Origin: Scyliorhinus canicula
Taxonomy: Eukaryota
Reading direction: 5' to 3'
NCBI RefSeq assembly: GCF_902713615.1
Contig: NW_024056010.1
Location: 882,378-946,377, forward strand
DNA: 64,000 nucleotides
Shown: piece after piece, positions 25,721 to 37,762 of the stretch
Layout: each line of letters starts with the position of its first letter
Numbering within the stretch: the first letter of the stretch is position 1
The notes under the pieces: generated by a model
The model's input: only the letters and a program-made list of their open reading frames with translations
What the model was told of the DNA's origin: nothing
The model's database searches: none
Program-made: the position numbers and the translations under genes

Positions 25721-26491
25721 CTAGTTCGAGTCCAGCTTTTCTTCCTGGACAAAGGCCCACGCCTCCTCCGGGGACTCGAAATAGTGGTGCTGGTCCTTAT
25801 AGGTCACCCACAAGCGCGCTGGCTGCAGCATCCCGAATCTGATTCTCTTGGCATGCAGCACCGCCTTCGTCCGGTTGAACCGGGCCCGCCGCTTTGCCAC
25901 CTCCGCACTCCAGTCCTGGTAGATCCTCACCGTCGAGTTCTCCCATTTGCTGCTCCTCTCTCTCTTGGCCCACCTCAGCACCCTCTCCCGGTCACTGAGT
26001 CGCTGGAACCGAACCAGCACCGCCCTCGGGGGTTCGTTTGCTCTTGGCTTCCTGGCCATTACTCTGTAGGCCTCCTCCAGTTCCAGGGGCGAAGGGACGG
26101 CCCCTGCCCCCATCAGTGAGCCCAGCATTTCTGCCACATACCTCGGGAAGTCCGACCCCTCCAGCCCTTCTGCCAGGCCCAGGATCCTCAGGTTTTTCCG
26201 CCTCATGCGGGTATCCATCTCCTCCAGTCGGTTTTGCCATTTCAGGTGGAGTGCCTCGTGCACCTCCACCTTTCCCACGAGGACCGTGGCCTCCTCCTCC
26301 CTCACAGCCATCTCCTGCTGCAGCTCCCGAATTGACGCCTCTTGGGTCGCCTGGGCTCCCATCAGCCTGGTGGTCGTCGCGTTCATCGACTCCAGCAGCT
26401 CCACTTTCAGCTCCGTGAAGAAGCGCAGGAGAACGGCCTGCTGCTCCTCCGCCCATTTCCTCCAGTCCTCGGGTGTGCCGCCGGCCGCCAT
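25721..26491 (-). CDS. L1 ORF1p
   Basis: Open frame from MAAGGTPEDW to EEKLDSN*, with L1 ORF1 RRM/CTD-like motifs. Confidence 0.85.
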   Translation of the reverse strand: MAAGGTPEDWRKWAEEQQAVLLRFFTELKVELLESMNATTTRLMGAQATQEASIRELQQEMAVREEEATVLVGKVEVHEALHLKWQNRLEEMDTRMRRKNLRILGLAEGLEGSDFPRYVAEMLGSLMGAGAVPSPLELEEAYRVMARKPRANEPPRAVLVRFQRLSDRERVLRWAKRERSSKWENSTVRIYQDWSAEVAKRRARFNRTKAVLHAKRIRFGMLQPARLWVTYKDQHHYFESPEEAWAFVQEEKLDSN

Positions 26492-29400
26492 TTTGGGTTT
26501 CTTCCCCCGCTTTTTTCGGGGAGCTGCTGCCGCTTTTTTTTCTGCCCCACTTCGGGTGACGACCATAAGTTTTGCAGGGTTCTCCTCTGGGAACCTTCCC
26601 CCACCGGGAATCGTCGTTCCAGCCGTATTCATTGGAGTTTAGAAGGTTAAGGGGAGATCTAATAGAAACTTACAAGATAATACATGGCTTAGAAAGGGTG
26701 GACGCAAAGAAACTGTTTCCGTTAGGCGAGGAGACGAGGACCCGTGGGCACAGCCTTAGAATTAGAGGGGGTAAATTCAGAACAGAAATGCGGAGACATT
26801 TCTTCAGCCAGAGAGTGGTCGGCCTGTGGAATTCATTGCCACGGAGTGCAGTGGAGGCCGGGACGCTAAATGGCTTCAAGGCAGAGATAGATAAATTCTT
26901 GATGTCGCGAGGAATTAAGGGCTACGGGGAGAATGCTGGTAGGTGGAGTTGAAATGCCCATCAGCCATGATTGAATGGCGGAGTGGACTCGATGGTCCGA
27001 ATGGCCTTACTTCCACTCCTATGTCTTCTGGTCTTATAAGCACCCGGCATATTCAATAAACACATATGCACATTTCTCCCTTCCCCCGCAACAAACCCCC
27101 CCCCCCCCCCCTCCTCTCCCCCCCTCCCCCCCTCCCCCCCTCCCCTCGGGCTGCTGCTGCTGCCGGCCTATTTCCCTACCGTTCTGCCAGGAAGTCCAGG
27201 AAAGACTGCCGCCGCCTAAAGAACCCCTATACTGATCCCCTCAGGGCAAATTTCATCTTCTCTAATTTGATGAACCCGGCCATGTCATTGACCCTGCCCT
27301 CCACGCTTGGGGGCTTCGCATCCTTCCATTGAAGCAAAATTCTCTGCCGGGCTACTAGGGATGCAAAGGCCAGAACACCGGCCTCTATCGCCTCCTGCAC
27401 TCCCGGCTCCACTGCAACCCCAAACATTGCGAGTCCCCAGCCTGGCTTGACCCTGGATCCTACCACCCTCGACACCGTCCTTGCTACCCCCTTCCAAAAT
27501 TCCCCCAGCGCTGGACATGTCCAGAACATATGGGCATGGTTCGCTGGGCTCCCCGAGCACCTAGCACACCTGTCTTCGCCCCCGAAAAACCTACTCATCC
27601 TCGTCCCGGTCATGTGGGCCCTGTGCAGCACCTTGAACTGTATGAGGCTAAGCCTCACACAGGAAGAGGAGGAATTCACTCTCTCCAGGGCATCTACCCA
27701 CGTCCCCTCCTCAATCTCCTCACCCAGCTCCTCTTCCCATTTACCCTTCAGCTCCCCCACCGAAGCCTCATCCACCTCCTGCATGATGTGGTACACGTCC
27801 GAAATCCCCCCCCCCCCTCCAACCCACACCCCCGAGAGCACCCTGTCCCGTACCCCATGTGGGGGCATCAGAGGGAACCCCTCCACCTGCCGCCTGGCAA
27901 ACACCCTAACCTGCATGTACCTAAACATGTTCCCCGGGGGGAGCCCAAACTTCCCCTCTAACTCATCCAGGCTCACAAACCTCCCATCCACAAACAGGTC
28001 CCTCAACCTCCTGAGACCTACCCTATGCCAGCCAAGAAACCCACCATCGATGCTCCCTGGAACAAACCGGTGGTTCCCCCGCATCGGGGACTCCATTGAG
28101 CCCCCCACTTCCCCCCTATGCCGTCTCCATTGCCCCCAAATTTTGAGGGTAGCCACCACCACCGGGCTCGTGGTATATCTCGTTGGAGGGAGCGGCAACG
28201 CCGCCGTTACCAGCGCCTCCAGGCTCGTGTCCACACAGGACGCTATCTCCATCCTCTTCCATGCTGCCACTGCCCCGTCCATTACCCACTTACGCACCAT
28301 CGCTGTGTTGGCAGCCCAATAGTACCCACATAGGTTGGGCAACGCCAGCCCCCCCCCCCCCCCCCCCCCCCCCCCATCCCTGCCCCGCTCCAAAAGCACC
28401 CTTCTCACCCTCGGAGTCCCATGCGCCCATACAAATCCCGTAATACTCCTATTGACCTCCTAAAAAAGGCCTTTGGGATAAGGATGGGGAGGCACTGGAA
28501 CAAGAACAAAAACCTCGGGAGCACCGTCATCTTGACGGACTGCACCCTGCCTGCCAGCGACAGCGGCAACATGTCCCATCTTTTGAACTCCTCCTCCATT
28601 TGCTCCACCAGCCTAGTCAGGTTAAGTTTGTGAAGAACCCCCAACTCCTAGCCATCTGGACTCCCAGGTACCGAAAGCTCCTCCCTGCCCTTTTCAGTGG
28701 GAGCCTACCAATCCCCTTCTCCTGATCCCCCGGGTGCACGATGAACATCTCACTCTTGCCCAGGTTGAGCTTGTACACAGAAAAGCCCCCAAATTCCCTA
28801 AGGATCGTCATCACCTCCGGCATTCCCCCCACTGGGTCCGCCACATATAGCAACCAGTCATCTGCGTATAATGACACTCGGTGCTCCTCCCCACCCCGCA
28901 CCAGACCCCTCCAATTCCTCGACTCCCTCAACGCCATGGCCAGGGGCTCAATTGCCAATGCAAAGAGCAAGGGGGAGTGAAACCAAATTTTGCCACGCAG
29001 TCGTGTGTGTACAGGGAGTAGAGTAGAGGGCTAAGTACGCAGCCTTGCGGTACACCGGTATTGAGGACTATTGTGGAGGAGGTGTTGGTGTTAATTCTTA
29101 CTGATTGTGGTCTGTTGGTCAGAAAATCGAGGATCCAGTTGCTGAGTGGAGAGCCAAGTCCTAGGTTTTGGAGCTTTGATATGAGCTTGGCTGGGATCAT
29201 GGTGTTGAAAGTGAATGCCCTGTTGCAAACTTTGTGGATGACACAAAAACAGATGTGAAGTCTGCAGATGGATATAGACAGATTAGATGATTGGGTAAAA
29301 ACTTGACAGATGGAATATAATGTGGGAGCTGAATATCATTTAAATGTCGAAAGCCTGCAGAAAGTTGCAGCACAGAGGTCCTGGTGCATAAATCACAAAA

Positions 29401-30293
29401 AACTAACATGCAGTTTCAGCAGGTAATTGGGAAGATTGGCCTTTATGTCAAAGGGAATGGAGTAGAAAAATAGGGAAGTCCTGCTGAAATTTTACAGCCA
29501 CTAGTTAGACCACACCTGGAATACTGTGAATAATCTTGGTCCCCTTTCCTCAGGGATATATGTGGACATTTGAAGCTGTCCAGAGAAGGTTCACTCGGTT
29601 GATCCTGGGTATGGAGGGATTTTCATATTAGAAGAGGTTGACTTGTTTGGGCCTGTACGCATTGGAGTTGAGACGCATGAGAGGTAACCTTATTAAGACA
29701 TAAGGATTCTCAGGGGACTTGACAGGGAAGATGCTGAGAGGATGTTTCCTCTTGTGGGAGAGTCTAGGACCAGAGGGAAGAATGTCAGAGTAAGGGGTCT
29801 CCCATTTAAGATAGAGATGAGGAGACATTTCTTCTCTCAGAGGGGAGTGAATCTGTGGAATTCTTCAGCTGCGCAATCATGCTGTTTAGCACACTGGGCT
29901 AAATCGCTGGCTTTGATCGCAGAAAGCCAGGCCAGCAGCATGGCTCGATTCCCGTAACAGCCTCCCCGAACAGGCGCCGGAATGTGGCGACCAGGGGCTT
30001 TTCACAGTAACTTCATTGAAGCCTACTCCTGACAACAAGCGATTTTCATTTTTCATTTCATATCCTGTCTCTGGAGTTTACCATAAAACGGCAGAGGTGA
30101 AATGTCTTAACCCGGATGGGCCGCTTGGTGGCGCAGTGGGTCTTTCACTGAGGGGTCGTGAGTTCAGACACATCCCAGAGGGACTGGTGAGAAATATCTG
30201 TCTGGGAAAGGGGAGAGAACTGTATAATCGGGGAAAAGGAGCGCTTCCGATGGACTTGAGAGAAAGAAGTTCAGCAAAGTATTTTATAAATTT

Positions 30294-30345
30294 TTTATTC
30301 AATATTTATTAAAATTTCAGAGACGATATTGCACAAAAGTTTATT
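30294..30345 (-). terminator. Candidate membrane-form poly(A) signals
   Basis: Three AATAAA on the minus strand (30340-30345, 30305-30310, 30294-30299), ~400 nt after the TM2 stop. Confidence 0.55.
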
Positions 30346-30740
30346 TTGAAGTTAACAAAAACGATTGAGGGTGACACTGAGAACACAGCACATGCCCTCT
30401 GAGCTGCCAAATGTATGTACAACTGCTACAGACACAAGAGAGAACAGGAGCTCAACATAAAGGGAAGGCAACTGTTGTAAATAAGGTACGAGATAAGTTA
30501 CTTATTTAGACATGACATTGAGAGAAATTATTAGCTACAATTACATTACAGCCAAAATTATCTCGGCCATTTTAAACTGAAAAGCAGAAATACTGTCCAT
30601 GATTGTCTCAGTTACAGATGCAGACTATAAACTGAGATAATTTTACTGTTCGAGTCACCAAGAGGAGATATTGTATTTGTGTCACACACAGATCATAATA
30701 AACAGCTGAGGAAAATCTACAGCGTCCGAACGTCAACCCA

Positions 30741-30749
30741 TCACTTGAT
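30741..30749 (-). CDS. IGHM: IgM TM2 exon (IK-stop; cytoplasmic tail KIK)
   Basis: Polypyrimidine tract ttttctctctcttttacag|ATC AAG TGA. Confidence 0.9.
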   Translation of the reverse strand: MK

Positions 30750-30889
30750 CTGTAAAAGAGAGAGAAAATGATGAAGCAGATGTTTATGATCTGGGACATT
30801 GATGTTAGAGTTTTTAATCAATCAAACATTTAGAGATGTTTTAAACGGCCTCTGTCAGTTTGAATTGTGAGTGGATTGAATCTTCTCAC

Positions 30890-31017
30890 CTTCACCAGAG
30901 TGACTGCAGCGCTGTAGGAAATGCTCAGGAAGAACAGGGTGATGAATGTGGAAGCGGTTGTCCAGATGTTCCCGTTATCATCCTCATTTTCTTCAGTCCA
31001 GGTGTGGTCTGTGGTAT
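30890..31017 (-). CDS. IGHM: IgM TM1 exon
   Basis: Acceptor ctcgtag|AT. DTTDHTWTEENEDDNGNIWTTASTFITLFFLSISYSAAVTLVK has an acidic spacer and the CART-type transmembrane motif. Donor AAG|GTGAG. Confidence 0.96.
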
Positions 31018-31177
31018 CTACGAGGATCGAGCCAAATATAATTAGTTTGTTTATTAATCCAGGATATGTTTTTTAATATTCTCGTTCCATTTTCTCCCGC
31101 TGCTAATTTAACATATTTGTCATTGCATATCTACTGTTGAATTCATGACACTCGGAAATCGGTCTCTGTCACCCATT

Positions 31178-31361
31178 TCTTCCAATTAAGGGGCAATTTA
31201 ACATGGCCAATCCACCTACCCTGCACATCTTTGGGTTGTCGGCGTGAGACCCACGGGTCACTGGGAAACTCCACTGGGACAGAGACCCAGAAGCGGGATC
31301 AACCCCAGGTCCATGGTGGCGTGAGGCAGCAGTGCTAACCGCTATGCCACCGTGCCGCCCT
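31178..31361 (-). mobile_element. V-SINE partial in the Cmu4-TM1 intron
   Basis: Similarity to the other copies. Confidence 0.75.
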
Positions 31362-31764
31362 TGCCTGACGTTTGTGTTTGTTCTTTAGCTTTTGTGTCTG
31401 TGTAGATGCGAAATTCGTATTTCTTTACTCTTCATTTGTGTGTCCCGATGTCTTTATAAGTGTCATTGTGTGTGTTCATGTGTCAAGGAGTATTGATCTG
31501 TGTATTTGTGTGTCAGCGCCTGTGTGAACTTTGTTTATCTTCTGTTAATGTGTATATATGAGTGTTTTATTGTGTGTGTTTGTGTGTTGAAGTCTATGTT
31601 TATATATTAATGCCTATGTCAATATAAGTTTATACTTCCCTGTCCAGTAATGAAACTGTTAATGTGTCTTTGTACGTTCAACATGCATGTCATTGTCTAA
31701 ATGTTTGTGTCTGGATAAATGCGTTTGTGTGTGTGTGAGTTTGTTGATGCGTGTATTTCTTCAT

Positions 31765-32092
31765 AGAATCATCATTAAATATAATCCCTACTGTGCCGAA
31801 CGAGGCCATTCGGCCCATTGTGTCTGCACCGACCCTCCGAAAGAGCAGTCTGCCTGGACGCATGCCCCTGCCCTTTGCCGAGAACCCCGTAATCCCAACT
31901 AACGTTGTGGGCATTAAGCGGTAATATAGCCTGGCCAATCCACCGAACCTGCACATCTTTGGACTGTGGGAGGAAACTAGAGCACGTGGAGGAAACAGAA
32001 ACAGACCCGGCAGAACGTGGGAACTCCACACAGACAATCACCCAAGGCTGGAATTGAACCCGGGATTATGGCGCTGTGCGGCAGAGGTGCTA
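31765..32092 (-). mobile_element. V-SINE (HE1-like)
   Basis: Similarity to the other copies. Confidence 0.8.
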
Positions 32093-33199
32093 TTTATGCG
32101 TTGATGTTTGATTATAACTATCTATTGATGTGTGTTGATGACTCTATGTGTATTCATATGTGTTCGTGTTAGCGTGTGTACGAGTCAGCTAATATGTATC
32201 TACGTGTGTCCGTTAGTGTGGATTATTGTCTCTGTTTGAATGGAAATATTTCTGTCATCGTGAAATTCTGCTAATTTACATGTTATTGGTTACATTTCTG
32301 TTTCATATTCTTCTGTCAGCCTGCTTGTCTGGTTGTATATGTCTGTGTATCTGTGTCGACATGTGGTTGTATATGTCTGTGTACATGCGTGTACCCACTT
32401 ATGCGTATGGAATTGTGTTTGTATGTGTGGATGCGCACGTGAGTCTGTGTGTTTCTAAACATGTGCTTTTTGTGTTTACGTGCTTGCTTGTGAATTTTTG
32501 TGCACATTTGCGTGTGCTTTTGTGTCAAAATATGTGTGGTCCGTTGTGCCTGGGTGTATGTTTGTGCATGTGTTTCTATGTGTGTTTCTATGTGTGTGTT
32601 TGTGTCTACTTGTGAGCGTGTGTGTGTTTCTGGGTCTGTGTGCATGTGTGTGAAGTGTCTGTGTCTGTTTATCTGTCTGTGTATTTGTATCAGCTGCCTG
32701 TAGCTTTGCCAGTTGTGGGTATTATTGATACCGATGTAGAATATGTTGAACTTTCTGCATATAAATGTGTTTTCCGTGAGTTGCACGCTGACATCAGGTG
32801 ACCTAATGCAAAAGTACAAGGAGGCTCCTTGGGAGAGAACAGTGAAAACCCAGAGAGAATTCAATCACCAGTCTGGATTTGGATTATGGGGAATCGGTTT
32901 CAGCATACGGATAAGAGGAACAAGGGTGCTAAAAAAATTATGTTGCATAAATAGATATTTTAAGAACATCTTTATAATGTATCAGCCTGTAAACTACATG
33001 GCGTCTTGTAATGTCAGTAACTGAGTTCTTAGTCCAGACAACCGTTTACTTCCAAACTCCCTGCTTGGGGACTGGGAAGATATTGAGTTAATAATCTCCC
33101 TCTCTCTGGTCAGCTCAGCAAATTGCCTTTGGGTTCTCCCTGCTGGAGGTGGAGATACAGAGAGTTCACTCGTCACCTTCCTCCTCTTTTGGTCGGGAT

Positions 33200-34065
33200 A
33201 GTGGAGGTAAAATGTGTTAGTATTGCCCCTTAGCTCTCTCTGTTGGGGAAGTGGGGAGGCAGTGGATTAAATAATGTCCTTCCACTCATTGTTGGAAGCG
33301 GGTGTCCAGCGGATTAACTAATGTACAGCCCCCCCCTCATTGTTGGAAGCGGATGTACAGTGGATTAACTAATGTACACCCCCCCCCCCCTCATTGTTGG
33401 AAGCGGATGTACAGTGGATTAACTAATGTACACCCCCCCCCCCCTCATTGTTGGAAGCGGATGTACAGTGGATTAACTCAGCCCACCACCGTCTCTTTGT
33501 TGGGGAAGTGGGGGCAAAATGTGTTAACTAATGCTCCTCCCCTCGCTTTGCTGGGGAAGTGGGGGCACAGTGTGTTAACTAATGCTCCTCCCCTCGCTTT
33601 GCTGGGGAAGTGGGGGTACAGTGTGTTAAGTAATGCCCCAACCCCTCTCTTTGTTGGGGACGTGGGGAGACAATGGATTAACTAATGCCCCTCTCTTTGT
33701 TGGTGAATTGGGGGTACAGTGTATTAACTAAAGCCCCTCCCACTCTCTCTGTTGGTGAGGTGGGGTACAGTGGATTAACTAATGCCCCCCTCTCCTCTCT
33801 TTGTTGGCGAATTGGGGGTACAGTGAATTAACTAAAGACCCTCTCTCTATTGGGGAAGTGGGGGTACAGTGGATTAACTAATACCCCTCCCCCTCCCTCT
33901 ATTGGGGAAGTGGGGGTACAGTGGATTAACTAATGCCCTTCCCCCTCTCTCTGTGTGGGAGGTGGGTGGGTGGGTGGGGAGACAGTGGAATAACTAATAC
34001 CCCTCCCGCTCTCTCTGTTGGGGAGGTGGGGGTACAGTGGATTAACAATTTCACTTTCCCCTCTC
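33200..34065. repeat. Degenerate minisatellite, ~17 units of ~50-55 bp
   Basis: Recurrent ggggtacagtggattaactaatgcccc...ttggggaagtg. Confidence 0.9.
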
Positions 34066-34645
34066 TTTGACTGGAGATTGTTGGTCCATGTTTCTGTGTG
34101 ACCCTCAAATCAGTTCCCAGTGGGTCTCATGCAGCAACTTAAAGCTGACATTAATTTTAAAGGGATGGACAATGAGAGAAGCAGGAACACCGAGATCTAA
34201 ATGTGATGGGTTTGTTTGTCTGAAATGGGAAATTGTCCGATTTCTCCTCATCTGGAGGAAAGTCAATGAAGATATTTTGTTGAATCCTGGAATGAATGAG
34301 TTTTACTCTGTCTCTAACCCAGGGTGTTTCTGAGCTGAGAGCTCTGGTTGTATCAGACTTGGGGCTGAGACCTGTAGAAATCCGGGTCTCATTGACCAGG
34401 GACTGGTTTAAAATCGCTGGATTTTAAAGCAGACCAAGACAGGCCAGCAGCACGGTTCAATTCCCGTACCAGCCTCCCCGAACAGGTGCCGGAATGTGGC
34501 GCTGAGGGGCTTTTCACAATAACTTGACTGAAGCCTACTTGTGACAATAAGTGATTTTCATTTCATTTTCAGATCTAACATCAGTAAAGTGGAAACACCA
34601 TTAATCAAGTGGCTGTATGTTTAAATCACAATTAGAGGAAACGTT

Positions 34646-34660
34646 TTTATTATTTTTATT
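34646..34660 (-). terminator. Secretory-form poly(A) signals (two AATAAA)
   Basis: tttatt on + at 34655-34660 and 34646-34651, roughly 30-40 nt after the stop codon. Confidence 0.75.
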
Positions 34661-34687
34661 TTAGTTCGAAATATAACCAATCGATTC

Positions 34688-35079
34688 TCATTGACATGAA
34701 TTAACGGTGTCCATCAGAGCGAGGGAAATGTTCACAAAACTGGGTTTACCGCTGGATTTATCAACCGTTCTGTTGATGATCTTCAAGGGGATGGCTTCAT
34801 GTCCCACCACACAGGAGTAAGAAGCGCCGCTGGCCCACTCCTCCGCTGCAATGGATAACAGGCTGTACATGAAGAAGGAGCTATTGCCGTTCTCCGCCAT
34901 CACCTCGGTGTTCTTGTAGTTCCCGGGATTCACCGGCTTGTCATTGACGGTCCACTTGACGAAGATCTCTCGGGGGGAGAAACCTCTCACTAAGCAGCTG
35001 AGGGAGACGAATCTCTGAGCGGAGACGTCTTCAGCCGAGGGCAGGAGGACAGAGACGGACGGTTCCCGCGGATTGGGAT
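34688..35079 (-). CDS. IGHM: Cmu4 exon plus secretory tailpiece ([20 protein letters not shown])
   Basis: Acceptor ttctgcag|AT, C1-set domain ...[19 protein letters not shown]...[11 protein letters not shown]. Internal donor AGCG|GTAAA at 34750/34749 serves the membrane form. Tail has an NIS sequon and penultimate Cys. Confidence 0.96.
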
Positions 35080-35339
35080 CTGCAGAAAATGTACAATAGA
35101 TGTCAATAAAATGGGGAATTCCAGAGACAATGGAACCGCGAGTTAGATGTGAGAGTAATGTGTTTTGTGTTGGATTTTAAAGGTTTCCATTTTCCACTTT
35201 GGGATCTGTCCGGTTTCCCAGCTCGGAGCAGAGGTGGACACAATCCTTTTCCCTGAGGATTTACGGATTATGGATTCGAAAGTTTCAGAAAGTGTACAGC
35301 AGGGAAACAGGCCATTCGGCCCAACTGTTCTGTGCTGGT

Positions 35340-36370
35340 GTATAAACTCCACACCAGGCTCCTCCCACCTTACCCCAAGAAGATTGGACAACTGCCAATG
35401 TAACACCTTTATTCAAAAGGGGAGGGAGTCAAAAACAGGTAACTATAGGCCAGGGACCTTAACATCTGTCAGTGGAAAACGGTTCGAGCCCATTATAATG
35501 GATCCAATAGCTGAGCATTTAGAAATACTCAATATAATCAGAGTCAGCACGGCTTCGGGAAGGGTAAATCATGCCTGACAAATTTAGTGCCCTTATTTGA
35601 GGTGATGACGAGAAGGCGAGAGAGGGAGGGGGAGGGGGTGGGGAAATAGATGTAAAATACATGAATTTCAAAACGGTGTTTGATAAATGAATGTACTATT
35701 CCCATGTTTGCAGATGATAAAAAATAGGTAGAAAGGCAAGTGGTGAGGATTACAGGAAATCCACAGAGGGACAGAGAATGTGAGGTTAGACACTTTGGTA
35801 GGAGGAAGAACATAAAGAATTATTATTTAGATGGAGAAAGACTGAAGAAAGCTGAAGTAACGGGGGAATTGGGGGCCCTCGTGCAGAAACCACAAAAAGT
35901 AAGTTCTGCAGGTAATATGGAGACAAATTGCATGCTGATCTTTATTTTAAAAGGAGTAGAATATAACAATGGGGAAGCCTAGCTAAAACTGGGGAATTAG
36001 TTAGACAACACCTGATATACTTTGAATAGCTTTGGTGCCCTTATCTAAGGAAGACAGATTGGTTTTGAAGGCAGTCCAGAGAAGGATCACAAGGTTGATC
36101 CCGAGTATGGAGGGATTTTCTTACAGGGAGAGGTTAAGTAGGCTGGGCTGTACTTATTGGAGTTTAGAAGAATGAAGGCGACCTCAGATTCTGGGTCGGT
36201 CAGTACGTTCAAGGTTGAGGGACACATATTTTAAATCAGTAAAACCGTCAAGAGATATGAGGATAAGGTGGGAAAGAGGAGTTGAAGGTTATCACATCAG
36301 ATCAGGCTTGAACTCACTGAAGGCTGGACCGGTGTTGATGGGCCCAATGGGTTACATCTGCTCCTATGTC
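35340..36370 (+). mobile_element. Degenerate CR1 in the Cmu3-Cmu4 intron
   Basis: NYRPGTLTSV and CEVRHFGRR motifs plus a CR1-type tail. Confidence 0.7.
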
Positions 36371-36600
36371 TTGTGGTCTATGGTCTCGCTTGATCTACAC
36401 CCAATATCACTGGGTTTAATTCATTGTTCATTCATCTACATATCAATTTCCCCCTGAAACTCTAAACGCCCAGAGTATTTAGTTAGTGGAATTACCAATC
36501 AGAATGGACCATAAATACACTGAATGCTAAATACTGACCACTGCTCTCAAACTAGAAATAGACACAATGGCTCACTTAATGCTTCAGTTTCACCGCTCAC

Positions 36601-36909
36601 CTATTTTTTTGTGAATTGAAATTCTTAAAGGAGTTGGCAGGTCCTGATGGCTCGCCACACAGTCAAACACAGCCCCACTCAGCCAGGCTTGTGTCGAGAT
36701 GTTTAATTTGCTGAGCACGCTCTCAGTATCTGCCCCAGGCTCGTTGGCGATCTCTGATTTCAGCGGCTTCTTCGCTTCACTCCAGGACACGTTGACTCCA
36801 TAAGGAGCATTCGAAATGACACAGGTTAAGGTTACAGTCGCCTCCAGTAAGACCTGTTCTATTGGTGGTGGCACTATTGTTACTGAGGCATCAGTGCAAA
36901 TGGAAGGAT
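36601..36909 (-). CDS. IGHM: Cmu3 exon
   Basis: Acceptor ttcacag|AT, 309 nt, DPSICTD...[18 protein letters not shown]...[13 protein letters not shown]..., donor G|GTGAG. Confidence 0.95.
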
Positions 36910-37762
36910 CTGTGAATGAAAAAAGTGGAAATCAACCCAAGTTTGATCTTCAGAATCAGGTCAGCAGGATTCAACCTGAACTCTAAATGGGAATAAATCA
37001 ACTTCGAAACATCAACCTCGAAATAATCAACTTCGAAGCATCAACCTTTAAAGATCTCCTTTAATCTTCGATACGCATTGGAAAACCAGTTTGGTTTCTG
37101 AAAACTATTCTCATTGTGAAATACAGTCAGCCCCGATGCCATTCTAACGAATCAGTATTGCAGCATTCCCAATACAAATATTCCAGTCCTGATCTCAGGG
37201 ACGAAGTACTGGAGGCTGATCCATAAATAGGTTGGATGAACTTTCCAACACTTCCCCCGGAGCTGTTATCAGTTAAGGGTTCCACACACCCACTGACTCT
37301 CAAATATAATCAGCTGTCTGAGGATAAAGCTGATATCAAGTCCATCAGGGGCTGGTTTAGCACAGGGCTAAATAGCTGGCTTTTAAAGTAGACGAAGTAA
37401 GGCCAGCAACGCGGGTTCAATTCCCATACCAGCCTCCCCGAACAGGCGCCGGAACGTGGCGACGAGGGGCTTTTCACAGTAATTCATTTGAAGAATACTT
37501 GTGAGAATAAGGGATTTTCATTTCATTGATTCACCTCACTCACTAAATTACTTCAAATTAAAGGGATACATTTATTTCTATATTCATAAAATCGTGAATG
37601 GTCAGCAATCCTAATGCAGCTCTTACATCAGAATGAAACACAAACTACATGGCAGCAAACTAGAAGTTATTCTGTGCTTTGTACTAACTTCAGTAAATTC
37701 CTGATTTGGATTAACATCAGAGTGCAGGATGATTTATTGTTTCCTCTGTTTGTGTCTCTTAC

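Larger units (their letters stand above)
20922..26624 (-). mobile_element. Near full-length L1-clade LINE with a 16-bp TSD
   Basis: ORF1 (coiled coil plus RRKNLRILGL/IYQDWS), ORF2 with APE endonuclease (TWNVRGLN, GGDFN, SDH) and RT (GTRQGCPLSP, YADD), AATAAA/A-rich tail. TSD gtattcattggagttt at 20906-20921 and 26625-26640. Confidence 0.95.
19882..27033 (+). mobile_element. 5'-truncated CR1 (HER1-like) LINE split by the L1 (pieces 19882-20921 and 26641-27033)
   Basis: RT ORF (YLDFQKALDKVPH, SGVPQGSVLGP, FADD) resumes in frame after the L1 and ends at 26952. Flanked by ttataa at 19876-19881 and 27034-27039. Confidence 0.92.
19704..28977 (-). mobile_element. Older 5'-truncated L1 split by CR1 (pieces 27040-28977 and 19704-19875)
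   Basis: ORF2 C-terminal half is homologous to the young L1 (frameshifted ORFs 28617-28970, 28405-28644, 27227-28408). The A-rich tail with AATAAA is at the left piece. TSD tgaaaccaa at 19695-19703 and 28978-28986. Confidence 0.88.
18783..29208 (-). mobile_element. Rex1/Babar- or L2-like LINE fragment split by L1 (pieces 28978-29208 and 18783-19703)
   Basis: ...[26 protein letters not shown] at 28980 continues as FNSICKFADDT at 19700. 3' tail gtgacaataaa plus ATCCA repeats. Flanked by aagtga at 18777-18782 and 29209-29214. Confidence 0.85.
18655..29865 (+). mobile_element. Old degenerate CR1 fragment, outermost host of the nest (pieces 18655-18782 and 29215-29865)
   Basis: ...LFTMYINDLDEGS at 18780 continues as [12 protein letters not shown] at 29213. 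Confidence 0.8.

Noticed and set aside
27447-28322. 291-aa plus-strand ORF
   Set aside because: Antisense shadow of the GC-rich L1 ORF2.
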